From Fidelibacterota bacterium (GTDB lineage Bacteria > Fidelibacterota > UBA8477 > JABMPR01), in contig JABIFG010000272.1 in the NCBI GenBank assembly GCA_018650795.1, positions 10,512-74,511 of the forward strand: a stretch of DNA of 64,000 nt, given 5' to 3'. Below the pieces are notes generated by a model, which had not been told where the DNA came from, made no database searches, and saw only the letters and a program-made list of their open reading frames with translations. Positions 7,925 through 17,184 of the stretch are shown here, piece after piece (within the stretch, counting starts at the first letter, position 1; each line of letters starts with the position of its first letter). Position numbers and translations under genes: made by a program.

Positions 7925-10540
7925 ATGACATCGCAAGAAATTCGTAATCAGTTTATACAGTTCTTTAAAGACAAAAATCATAAATTCGTACGTAGTGCAG
8001 GTGTGGTCCCTTTCGATGATCCCACCTTGTTGTTTACAAACGCTGGAATGAATCAGTTTAAGGGCATCTTTCTGGAAACAGAAAATGCAGATCATCCCAG
8101 GGCTGTAAATTCTCAGAAATGCATCCGGGTGAGTGGTAAACACAATGACCTGGAAGAAGTCGGCCGAGATACCTACCACCATACCTTTTTTGAAATGCTC
8201 GGGAATTGGAGTTTTGGCGATTATTACAAAACAGAAGCCATTCTATGGGCTTGGGAATTATTTACTGAAGTATGGAAAATCCCTAAAGACAAGCTTTATG
8301 CTACGGTTTATACAGATGATGATGAAGCTTTTGAGTTATGGGAAACCCTCACTGATATTCCTCGCGATCATATTTTACGTTTTGGCAACAAGGACAATTT
8401 TTGGGAAATGGGTGAAACCGGTCCCTGTGGTCCCTGTTCCGAAATTCATGTCGATATTGGTGGTGATCCTTCCATTCATGGTTCCCATCCTGAGCTAGGT
8501 GTGAATACAGATAACCCTCGATTCATGGAATTATGGAATCTGGTGTTTATTCAATACTTTCGCGATCAGAAGGGCGAATTAACTGAACTTCCGAAGAAAC
8601 ATGTTGATACGGGGGCTGGTCTTGAGCGTGTTGTTGCCTACCTACAGGGCAAAGACAGCAATTACGATACAGATTTGTTCACTCCCATCCTGGATGAAAT
8701 ATCAACCCTATCAGCAGTTGGCTATAAAAGTGATGAGCTAGGGATGGCACATCGTGTCATTGCCGACCATGTTCGCATGTTAACATTTTCCATCTCTGAC
8801 GGCGCTCTACCATCCAATGATGGTCGAGGGTATGTCTTGCGTCGCATATTGCGTAGAGCAGCCCGTTATGGACGTAATTTGGGTATGCAAGAAGCCTTCA
8901 TCTATAAGCTTGTACCTATTGTAGTGACCGTTATGGGTGATGCCTATCCCGAACTCAGGGAAAGGGTCGCCTATATACAGAAAGTCATTAAATCAGAAGA
9001 AGATTCCTTCAGCCAGACCCTGGGCAGGGGATTACAGAAATTTACTGGCATGGTGAAGGATGCTAAAGCCATTGGCGAGACAACACTTTCAGGCGAGAGT
9101 GTTTTTAAACTTTATGATACTTTTGGCTTCCCTGTTGATCTTACTAGTCTCATGGCTGAAGAGCAGGGGTTTGGTGTTGATCTGGATGCGTTCGAAACAT
9201 TGATGAATTCTCAACGTGAAAAAGCACGCCAGGCTACCCAGTTCAAGCAAACCAATACCCAGGGTAGTGAGTGGGAAAAAGTTGAATCTGGTACCCATTC
9301 AGAATTTTTAGGATATACCCATCCACAACTGGATACCACCATCACGCAGGTGATGAAGTCGGATAAGGAATTCTTTATTATCCTGACTCAAACACCCTTT
9401 TATGCAGAAAGTGGTGGACAGGTAGGTGATACGGGGCGTATCTATAACGCGAATATGGAGCTGGAAGTCCTCGATACACGCAATGAAGGCGACTCCATTA
9501 TCCACGAAACCAAGTTGATTTCTGGTGAATTCAATACTGAACCCGTTATTGCAGTTATTGATAACTCCCGACGGGGAAATATTATTCGTAATCATTCCGC
9601 CACTCATCTATTGAATGCAGCTCTCCGAAAAATTCTTGGTGATCATGTCAAACAGGCTGGTTCTCTGGTGGATGATAATCATTTACGCTTTGATTTTAAC
9701 CATTTTGAAAAGATGACTCCTGAAGAGCTCAACCAGGCAGAACGCCTGGTGAATGCGGAAATCAGAAAGAATACCTCTACCAGTATCCGTAATATGAGTT
9801 TTGATGATGCTAAAAATGAAGGCGCATTGGCTTTCTTTGGCGAGAAATATGGTGATGATGTCCGCACAGTCAAGTTTGGTGAATACAGCCATGAGCTGTG
9901 TGGTGGCGTCCATGTATTGGCTACAGGGGATATAGGATATTTCCGTATTGAATCAGAAGCAGCCATCGCAGCCGGAGTTCGCAGAATTGAGGCGGTAACT
10001 GGAGCTGTCGCTGAGGAAAATGCCCGGGTAGAACGATCTACCATCAATCATTTACGTCATTTACTTACTTCAGATGTTGAAGACCTTGGCACGAAGACGC
10101 AACATTTGCTGGATGAGAAGAAAGCTTTGGAAAAACAGGTGAAAACCCTGTCATTTGATCAAGCGGCCTCTGTCCTGACCGATATACTTGAAAACACCCA
10201 GCTCATTGGGGGCGTAAAAGTATTAAGTGAAGTGGTAGAAGTATCTGACACAGAGGCACTTAAGGATCTTGGATCAGAACTTGTAAGACAAATGAAAAGT
10301 GGTCTGGGGGTCCTGGGAACCGTTATAGACGGATCACCTTATGTGGTCTGTGTGGTTTCTGATGATGTGATTGCTCAACATAAATTGAAGGCCGGTGAAA
10401 TTGTCCGTATACTTGGCCAGCAGCTGGGTGGTGGCGGTGGTGGAAAACCACAAATGGCTACCGCAGGTGGTAAAGATGCAACAGCATTAGCCACTGTAAT
10501 TGAAGGAGTATTTGATTTGATAGGAGAGCGCCTGGGATGA
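7925..10540 (+). CDS. alaS: alanine--tRNA ligase
   Basis: 871 aa with class II AlaRS N-terminal catalytic motifs, editing-domain HxxxH/CxxxH and C-terminal GGGGG DHHA1 region. Confidence 0.95.
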   Translation: MTSQEIRNQFIQFFKDKNHKFVRSAGVVPFDDPTLLFTNAGMNQFKGIFLETENADHPRAVNSQKCIRVSGKHNDLEEVGRDTYHHTFFEMLGNWSFGDYYKTEAILWAWELFTEVWKIPKDKLYATVYTDDDEAFELWETLTDIPRDHILRFGNKDNFWEMGETGPCGPCSEIHVDIGGDPSIHGSHPELGVNTDNPRFMELWNLVFIQYFRDQKGELTELPKKHVDTGAGLERVVAYLQGKDSNYDTDLFTPILDEISTLSAVGYKSDELGMAHRVIADHVRMLTFSISDGALPSNDGRGYVLRRILRRAARYGRNLGMQEAFIYKLVPIVVTVMGDAYPELRERVAYIQKVIKSEEDSFSQTLGRGLQKFTGMVKDAKAIGETTLSGESVFKLYDTFGFPVDLTSLMAEEQGFGVDLDAFETLMNSQREKARQATQFKQTNTQGSEWEKVESGTHSEFLGYTHPQLDTTITQVMKSDKEFFIILTQTPFYAESGGQVGDTGRIYNANMELEVLDTRNEGDSIIHETKLISGEFNTEPVIAVIDNSRRGNIIRNHSATHLLNAALRKILGDHVKQAGSLVDDNHLRFDFNHFEKMTPEELNQAERLVNAEIRKNTSTSIRNMSFDDAKNEGALAFFGEKYGDDVRTVKFGEYSHELCGGVHVLATGDIGYFRIESEAAIAAGVRRIEAVTGAVAEENARVERSTINHLRHLLTSDVEDLGTKTQHLLDEKKALEKQVKTLSFDQAASVLTDILENTQLIGGVKVLSEVVEVSDTEALKDLGSELVRQMKSGLGVLGTVIDGSPYVVCVVSDDVIAQHKLKAGEIVRILGQQLGGGGGGKPQMATAGGKDATALATVIEGVFDLIGERLG

Positions 10541-11973
10541 AAAAAACTCAATTAATCATTGAAAAATCCACTGCGGGACATATTGCAACATCAATCCCGG
10601 CCCTGGATGTCCCAGAGAAAGCAATAAGTGACCTGATTCCTGAGAATTATCTTAGATCAGAAGCTCCACGACTTCCAGAAATCTCCGAACCTGAACTGGT
10701 TCGTCATTACATTGGCCTATCAACCAAGAATCATCACGTTGATAAGGATTTCTATCCCTTAGGGTCTTGCACGATGAAATACAATCCCAAGATTAATGAT
10801 TGGACCGCCTCTGCCCTGGCAGAAGTCCATCCTTATCAGCCCGAAGCGTTGAGCCAGGGGATACTTGGTGTGTACTATGAATTGGAACAACAACTTTGTG
10901 CCATCACTGGTATGACTGCTTTCACACTCCAGCCGGCTGCTGGATCCCAGGGTGAACTAGTCGGTGTACTGCTTATGCGTAAATATCACGAACTGCGTGG
11001 AAATGATAAAGATATCATCCTCATTCCTGATGCTGCCCATGGTACCAATCCAGCCTCAGTGGCCATGGCTGGGTATAAAGTGGTTGAGGTCAAGAGCAAT
11101 TCTAAAGGTCTGGTCGATCTGGAAGATTTTGAGTCCAAAATTAATGATCGTGTTGCCGGTTTTATGCTCACCAATCCCAATACCCTGGGGCTTTTCGAAG
11201 AAAATATCAGCAAGATTTCTGAACTGATCCATGGTGTCGATGGAATTATGTATATGGACGGGGCCAATATGAACGCCCTCCTCGGTATCACACGACCAGC
11301 TGACCTGGGATTCGATATTACTCATCTGAATCTCCATAAAACATTTTCGACCCCACACGGTGGTGGAGGTCCAGGTGCCGGTCCAATTGGTGTGACAGAT
11401 AAACTGGCTGCATACCTGCCCAAACCTCGCGTACAACTAAATGGAAATAAATATCATTTAAAATATGACTATGAACACAGTATCGGGCGTGTCCATGGCT
11501 TTTATGGTAACTATGGCATTTTAGTGCGAGCCTGGACCTATATTAGAATGTTGGGTCCCGAGGGTCTCAGAAATATTTCTGAGATTGCTATTTCAAATGC
11601 CAATTACATGATGCATAAGCTCAAAGATGTGTTTGAGTTGGCCTACGATAATACCTGTATGCATGAATTTGTGCTCTCCGCTCAAGCCCAGAAAGAAAAG
11701 GGAACCAACGCACTCCAAATTGCCAAACGTCTCCTTGATTTTGGATTCCATTCACCCACCATGTATTTTCCGCTGATTGTTAAAGAAGCGCTAATGATTG
11801 AACCTACCGAGAGTGAGAATAAGGAAACCATGGATCGTTTTATATCAGTCATGAAACAAATTGCTGAGGAATTGGAAACCAACCCTGAATTGGTGCAAAC
11901 CGCTCCACACTCCACACCTGTTGGTAAGGTTGATGAGACCTATGCCAATCGAAATTTGAACGTTCACTGGTAA
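10537..11973 (+). CDS. gcvPB: glycine dehydrogenase (decarboxylating) subunit 2, C-terminal P-protein half
   Basis: PLP-lysine block HLNLHKTFSTPHGGGGPGAGP. Start overlaps the alaS stop (ATGA). Confidence 0.9.
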   Translation: MKKTQLIIEKSTAGHIATSIPALDVPEKAISDLIPENYLRSEAPRLPEISEPELVRHYIGLSTKNHHVDKDFYPLGSCTMKYNPKINDWTASALAEVHPYQPEALSQGILGVYYELEQQLCAITGMTAFTLQPAAGSQGELVGVLLMRKYHELRGNDKDIILIPDAAHGTNPASVAMAGYKVVEVKSNSKGLVDLEDFESKINDRVAGFMLTNPNTLGLFEENISKISELIHGVDGIMYMDGANMNALLGITRPADLGFDITHLNLHKTFSTPHGGGGPGAGPIGVTDKLAAYLPKPRVQLNGNKYHLKYDYEHSIGRVHGFYGNYGILVRAWTYIRMLGPEGLRNISEIAISNANYMMHKLKDVFELAYDNTCMHEFVLSAQAQKEKGTNALQIAKRLLDFGFHSPTMYFPLIVKEALMIEPTESENKETMDRFISVMKQIAEELETNPELVQTAPHSTPVGKVDETYANRNLNVHW

Positions 11974-11974
11974 A

Positions 11975-13222
11975 ATGGCCTTCAACTATATAAACCAGCG
12001 ACTCCATTGTGATGGGGTTGATCTGCAGGATGTAGCTGAGAAGTATGGGACCCCTGCGTATATCTATTCAGAGCAGATTCTCAGGCACAATGCCGAGGTA
12101 TTGAAAAAAACTTTCATAGATCGTGGGTTTAAGGTTTCATACGCCATGAAGGCCAATTCAAATCCAACTATTTTGAATCTGTTCAGAAACTATGGTTTAG
12201 GGTTGGACATAGTATCTGAAGGTGAATTCAAGATGGCTAAATATTGTGGATTTGAAGGCTCTGAGATAAATTTTGCAGGTGTAGGGAAGACCGTCGAAGA
12301 ATTGGATTTGGCACTGGCCTTTGATATTGACCATTTTAATGTGGAAAGTCGTTTTGAATTGGAATTATTGGAAAAACGTGCCGGAATCGCTGGGAAAAAA
12401 GCAGTCGTTTTGCTTCGTCTTAATCCTGATATTGATCCCCTTACACATCCGCATATCTCGACTGGATTAAAGCAGAATAAATTTGGAATGAGTCCTGAAA
12501 AAGTACGTTATTTCCTTACTCACCCTGAATCCTTTCCACACATCCAGTTTGATGGAATTCATTGTCATATCGGCTCACAAATTCTTCAACCCCAACCCTT
12601 CTATGATCTTATAGACTATCTGCAAAAATTTACCAAATCGCTGCGAGGCGAAGGAGTTAAATTCAACAATCTTGATCTGGGCGGTGGTTTTGGTGTGAAT
12701 TATGAGGATCCTTTGGAAGACATATCAACAACCACGCCCTTTCTTGAATCTATTGCTGAGAGGGCAATAGAGAAATTAGGGGACTATCAGCTTCATATTC
12801 AACCAGGCCGTGTCCTGGTAGCCAATTCTGGTGTTTTGTTGGCCCGTGTCCTGGGTAATAAGGAGAATGGTGGCCATCGTTTTATCATCATTGATGGGGC
12901 CACTACAGATCTGATCCGTCCCGCCATGTATGATGCCTACCATGCGATCTATTCACATATCGAAGATCACACAACGAAGATCTACGATGTTGTGGGCCCA
13001 GTCTGCGAGAGCTCTGATGCATTAGCCAGAAATAGAAATATACCGGAATTTGATACAGGTGATCTTATGCTAATTGGCTCGGCTGGTGCATACGCCAGTT
13101 CCATGGGATCCACTTACAATATGCGACCGCTTTCACCTGAAATAATGGTTGACGGTTCTGGAGAAACCCGGTTGATTCGTAAACGTCAGTCCTTTGATGA
13201 AATGATTTCGCTCTATACCTAA
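11975..13222 (+). CDS. lysA: diaminopimelate decarboxylase
   Basis: Fold-III PLP decarboxylase: AMKANSNP lysine motif, GGGFG, CESSD. Starts 1 nt after gcvPB. Confidence 0.9.
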   Translation: MAFNYINQRLHCDGVDLQDVAEKYGTPAYIYSEQILRHNAEVLKKTFIDRGFKVSYAMKANSNPTILNLFRNYGLGLDIVSEGEFKMAKYCGFEGSEINFAGVGKTVEELDLALAFDIDHFNVESRFELELLEKRAGIAGKKAVVLLRLNPDIDPLTHPHISTGLKQNKFGMSPEKVRYFLTHPESFPHIQFDGIHCHIGSQILQPQPFYDLIDYLQKFTKSLRGEGVKFNNLDLGGGFGVNYEDPLEDISTTTPFLESIAERAIEKLGDYQLHIQPGRVLVANSGVLLARVLGNKENGGHRFIIIDGATTDLIRPAMYDAYHAIYSHIEDHTTKIYDVVGPVCESSDALARNRNIPEFDTGDLMLIGSAGAYASSMGSTYNMRPLSPEIMVDGSGETRLIRKRQSFDEMISLYT

Positions 13223-13380
13223 ATATTAACATGCGACTATACTTTGCCTGCGCTGCTCAGGGAGAAGTTGACAATGACTATAGCAGATGCTTACTTATAT
13301 CCCGATCTAATTGGAATATATGCATGCTTGATCACAATCATGTAACTGGCTGACTGACAACAATATAATAGGATACCAAC

Positions 13381-13761
13381 ATGAAAAATATTATTCGTAC
13401 AGATGCTGCACCCGCAGCAATTGGACCCTACAACCAAGCTGTTGAAATAAATGGGATGATCTATACAGCTGGACAGATTCCCCTTGATCCAAAAACGGGA
13501 AAATTAGTTGAGAAATCATTCGCAGATCGTGTTTACCAGGTCATGCAAAATTTAAAAGCGATTTTAGAAGCTGGTGGCAGTGATTTTTCTAAAGTTATCA
13601 AAACGAACATCTATGTCACTGATCTAGGGGAGTATGCTGAATTGAATAGAATTTACGGGGAATTCTTTCCAGGTGATTATGCACCGGCTCGTGCCGCTGT
13701 TGAAGTTTCAGGATTACCTCTGGGTACTGATGTGGAAATAGAGATGGTTGCTTATAAATAG
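13381..13761 (+). CDS. ridA: RidA/YjgF-family reactive-intermediate deaminase
   Basis: 126 aa; AAPAAIGPYSQA-like N-terminus and PARAAVEV C-terminal block. Confidence 0.85.
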   Translation: MKNIIRTDAAPAAIGPYNQAVEINGMIYTAGQIPLDPKTGKLVEKSFADRVYQVMQNLKAILEAGGSDFSKVIKTNIYVTDLGEYAELNRIYGEFFPGDYAPARAAVEVSGLPLGTDVEIEMVAYK

Positions 13762-13778
13762 AGGTAATGAGATAGCTC

Positions 13779-14216
13779 TTGAAATATACTGTTTTATTGA
13801 TGCTCGTTGTTGGAATGCTGAGTGGCCAAACCAAACTCGAGGCTAATGTAGATTCTTCGAGTGTTAAGAATCCCGGTAAAGCGCTTTTGTTCTCAGTAGT
13901 ACCTGGTGGTGGTCAACTGTATAATAAACACCCACTGAAAGCCATTTTGTTTGCTGGCGCTTTCGCTTACTATGGCTATGGGTATACTGTAGCACAACAG
14001 GATTACCAGGCTGATGTCTCCAGCGCATCCCTTCATAGAGTGAGAAATGATAAGGTTTGGATGATGGCTCTCGTCTGGACCCTGAATATTCTAGATGCTT
14101 ATGTAGATGCCCAACTTTGGGATTTTGAAAAATATGAAATCGAAACAGTGCAAGACACCACCGAAGATGATATGATTAAACCAAAAGAGACAGGACCTAT
14201 AGATGACACAAAATAG
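13779..14216 (+). CDS. small secreted/membrane-associated protein of unknown function
   Basis: Signal-like N-terminus and PGGGQLYN / YGYGYT motifs. Its stop overlaps the start of the next gene. Confidence 0.5.
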   Translation: MKYTVLLMLVVGMLSGQTKLEANVDSSSVKNPGKALLFSVVPGGGQLYNKHPLKAILFAGAFAYYGYGYTVAQQDYQADVSSASLHRVRNDKVWMMALVWTLNILDAYVDAQLWDFEKYEIETVQDTTEDDMIKPKETGPIDDTK

Positions 14217-15564
14217 AGAGAAGTGGGGATCAAAATTTGGATTTATTCTGGCAGCTGCAGGCTCTGCAGTTGGGCTGGGTAATATCTGGAAGTTTCCATA
14301 CATCGCTGGAGAAAATGGTGGTGCTGCTTTCATATTTGTATACCTGATCTGTATTGGCATTATCGGTTTTCCCGTGCTTATTGCTGAAGTCCTTATAGGC
14401 CGCACCACACAGCGAAATCCAGTTGGTGCATTTGCAGCGCTGACACCCTCTAAAATGTGGCTATCAGTGGGATTCCTGGGTGTACTCGCTGGTTTTATGA
14501 TTTTATCATTCTATAGTGTCATCGGCGGCTGGACTATTGGTTATGTGATAGAAACCCTGCGAGGTTCACTTTCCAATTTTCATTCCCCAGAGGAGGCTGG
14601 AGTGTTGTTTGGAGTCCTTTCAGGCAGTGCAACATGGACCTTGGGGTATCACACCATTTTCTTTGCCATGACCATGTTTATTGTGGTCAGGGGTGTCCAG
14701 GGTGGTATCGAGAAATCCAGCAAGATTATGATGCCTATTCTCCTGAGTATTTTGGTTATTCTGATGATTCGTGGCATGACCTTGCCCGGTGCAGACAAAG
14801 GGTTGGCTTTTCTTCTCGTTCCAGATTGGGCGAAAATTAATGGACAATCCATTTTAATCGCTCTGGGACATGCATTTTTTACCCTGAGTCTTGGAATGGG
14901 AGCTATGATGACCTATGGTAGCTATATGTCCAAAAAGGACAGCGTCATCACAGCATCTGCCCAGATTGTTTTTCTTGATACACTGATAGCCATAATGGCT
15001 GGTGTTGCCATATTCACAGCTGTATTTGCTTCAGGTCTGGATCCAGCTGCGGGTCCAGGACTAATTTTTCAAACTCTACCAGCAGTTTTTGCCGGTATGA
15101 CAGGTGGCGTTTACTTCTCCTTTCTCTTTTTCTTATTGCTGGCCATTGCAGCGCTTACATCCGCCATATCACTTTTGGAAGTGGTAGTGGCCTATTTTGT
15201 AGATGAAAAGGGCTGGAATCGCAAAGGGGCAGTAATGATTTTCGGTGGATCGATTTATCTTTTAGGGATTCCTTCAGCTCTGTCATTTAACCTTATGTCA
15301 GATGTTACGCTGTTTGGGAAAACATTTTTTGATATTGTCGACTTTATTGCCTCCAACGTGTTGCTACCATTCGGTGGTTTGATGATAGCTATTTTTGCCG
15401 GTTGGGTTTGGTCAAGGACTTCTGTCATGACCGCAGTGAAAGAGGGCGCAGAAGACTTGTTCGAAGCTTATCCCTGGTTCGAAGGCGTGTGGTTCCTATT
15501 CCTGCGATTTGTTGCTCCAGTGCTTATCACACTGGTATTGTTAAATAGTTTGGGGATAATGTAG
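14203..15564 (+). CDS. sodium-dependent transporter, neurotransmitter:sodium symporter (SNF/NSS) family
   Basis: N-terminal W..K.GFILAAAGSAVGLGNIWKFPY signature and about 12 TM segments. Confidence 0.85.
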   Translation: MTQNREKWGSKFGFILAAAGSAVGLGNIWKFPYIAGENGGAAFIFVYLICIGIIGFPVLIAEVLIGRTTQRNPVGAFAALTPSKMWLSVGFLGVLAGFMILSFYSVIGGWTIGYVIETLRGSLSNFHSPEEAGVLFGVLSGSATWTLGYHTIFFAMTMFIVVRGVQGGIEKSSKIMMPILLSILVILMIRGMTLPGADKGLAFLLVPDWAKINGQSILIALGHAFFTLSLGMGAMMTYGSYMSKKDSVITASAQIVFLDTLIAIMAGVAIFTAVFASGLDPAAGPGLIFQTLPAVFAGMTGGVYFSFLFFLLLAIAALTSAISLLEVVVAYFVDEKGWNRKGAVMIFGGSIYLLGIPSALSFNLMSDVTLFGKTFFDIVDFIASNVLLPFGGLMIAIFAGWVWSRTSVMTAVKEGAEDLFEAYPWFEGVWFLFLRFVAPVLITLVLLNSLGIM

Positions 15565-15752
15565 ACTAAGCCAAATGAAATAATCCAGATGCGTGAGGAG
15601 AAACCGAATCGCCCATCTCCGGATAATCCAGTGCATTTAATCATTTAGAATGCACCTTTGATTCCTATTTTAACAGGTTAATTCTTTATCGATCATATCG
15701 CTTGGGCAGGGATGTCATCCGAAATGATTGAGTATATGTAAAAGGGTTTATT

Positions 15753-15947
15753 ATGATCCTCGTAAAAGACAATCGTTGTGACTTTTGTGGCACCTGTGTG
15801 GCAGTCTGTCCTGTAGATGCTATTGAGTTACGCGAAGCTGATATATCAATAATTCATGATACATGCATCGACTGTGATATATGTATCTGGGTCTGCCCAA
15901 TAGATGTGCTTTCTTCCGATGTAAAAGAGGAGGTTGAGCATGACTGA
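15753..15947 (+). CDS. 2x[4Fe-4S] ferredoxin
   Basis: Two CxxCxxCxxxCP motifs in 64 aa. Overlaps the downstream GGR start by 14 nt. Confidence 0.8.
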   Translation: MILVKDNRCDFCGTCVAVCPVDAIELREADISIIHDTCIDCDICIWVCPIDVLSSDVKEEVEHD

Positions 15948-17112
15948 TTATGATGTCATTGTTGTTGGTGGCGGTCCTGCCGGTTCCATGGCAGCTGAGG
16001 CAGCAGCAAAGCAAGGTGCTAGGACCATTATGCTCGAAAAAGATAGAGACATTGGCTACCCAGTACGATGTGGTGAGGGCGTTGGAGCCTTCGGTCTGAA
16101 AAAATTCATCGAACCTGATCCAGCCTGGATAGCAACAACCATCTCCAAAGTGCGGATGCGCTCACCTGATAATACTCTAATCGATTTTGGAATGGATGAT
16201 GCCGGCTTTATTCTTCATCGCCGTCTATTTGACTATGCTTTGGCAAATCAGGCCAGTCAAGCCGGTGTGGAGATACAGACTCGTGCCTATGTAGATGGAC
16301 TTATCATTGAGGATGATTGTGTTCGAGGTGTTAAGTATCAATACATGGGGGAACACAAGCAGCTTACTGCAAAATTAGTGATTGCAGCAGATGGTGTTGA
16401 ATCCAGAGTGGGCCGAATGGCTGGCTTACGCACAGCTACCAAGCTGAAGGATATGGACTCCGGCTATCAGGCTACTGTGGGTAATATTGATGTTGACCAG
16501 GAGATGATCGACTTTTATGTCGGTTCCAATTGGGCACCAGGTGGATATCTCTGGATATTTCCCAAGGGTAATGGCATGGCCAATATCGGCTTGGGGATCA
16601 ATGGAATCTATGCAAAAGAGCATAGTGCTCACGACATGCTGCATGGCTTCCTGGATAAGTATTTTCCGAAGGCGAGTGTCTTGACAAGTGTCTGTGGAGG
16701 CATTCCTATTGCAAAGACGTTGAAAAAAATCACCTCAAATGGTCTCATGTTAACAGGTGATGCAGCTCGTATGGTCAATCCCGTTACGGGTGGGGGCATC
16801 ATTACAGGAATGGTGGGTGGTCAGATAGCTGGGGATGTGGCTGGTCTAGCCATTCAATCTGGTGATTACTCTGAGAAAGCTTTTGATGGTTATCCCAAAC
16901 GCTGGCACAAAGCAGAAGGAAAGACACACGAAGCATTTTACAGAATAGGTGAGGGTATAGCCCAAATAACTGATGATCAGTTGAACAAAATTGCCCACAG
17001 GCTCGTCAAAACGCCTTCAGAAAATTTATCGCTCTTAAAAATATTTACCGCAGTCGCGCGCGAAAAGCCTAAAATACTGCTTGATGTAACACGAGCATTT
17101 GCAGGTATATAG
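15934..17112 (+). CDS. geranylgeranyl reductase-family FAD-dependent oxidoreductase
   Basis: YDVIVVGGGPAGSMAA Rossmann FAD motif. About 390 aa GGR/ChlP-like architecture. Confidence 0.8.
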   Translation: MSMTDYDVIVVGGGPAGSMAAEAAAKQGARTIMLEKDRDIGYPVRCGEGVGAFGLKKFIEPDPAWIATTISKVRMRSPDNTLIDFGMDDAGFILHRRLFDYALANQASQAGVEIQTRAYVDGLIIEDDCVRGVKYQYMGEHKQLTAKLVIAADGVESRVGRMAGLRTATKLKDMDSGYQATVGNIDVDQEMIDFYVGSNWAPGGYLWIFPKGNGMANIGLGINGIYAKEHSAHDMLHGFLDKYFPKASVLTSVCGGIPIAKTLKKITSNGLMLTGDAARMVNPVTGGGIITGMVGGQIAGDVAGLAIQSGDYSEKAFDGYPKRWHKAEGKTHEAFYRIGEGIAQITDDQLNKIAHRLVKTPSENLSLLKIFTAVAREKPKILLDVTRAFAGI

Positions 17113-17184
17113 TTACTCCGCGGTATAGAAAGATCAGGACAAATTGAAAATATCTATAACCATGAATATTGCTGAGATATCGGC

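Noticed and set aside
13268-13300. Possible sigma-70-like promoter (TTGACA ... TTACTT/TATAT) upstream of ridA
   Set aside because: The -10 element is poor and the spacing is ambiguous. It cannot be supported without expression data.
15631-15670. Hairpin gtgcatt-N11-aatgcac plus T-rich run after the NSS transporter gene
   Set aside because: Only a 7-bp AT-rich stem with an interrupted U-tract. Too weak to call as a terminator.
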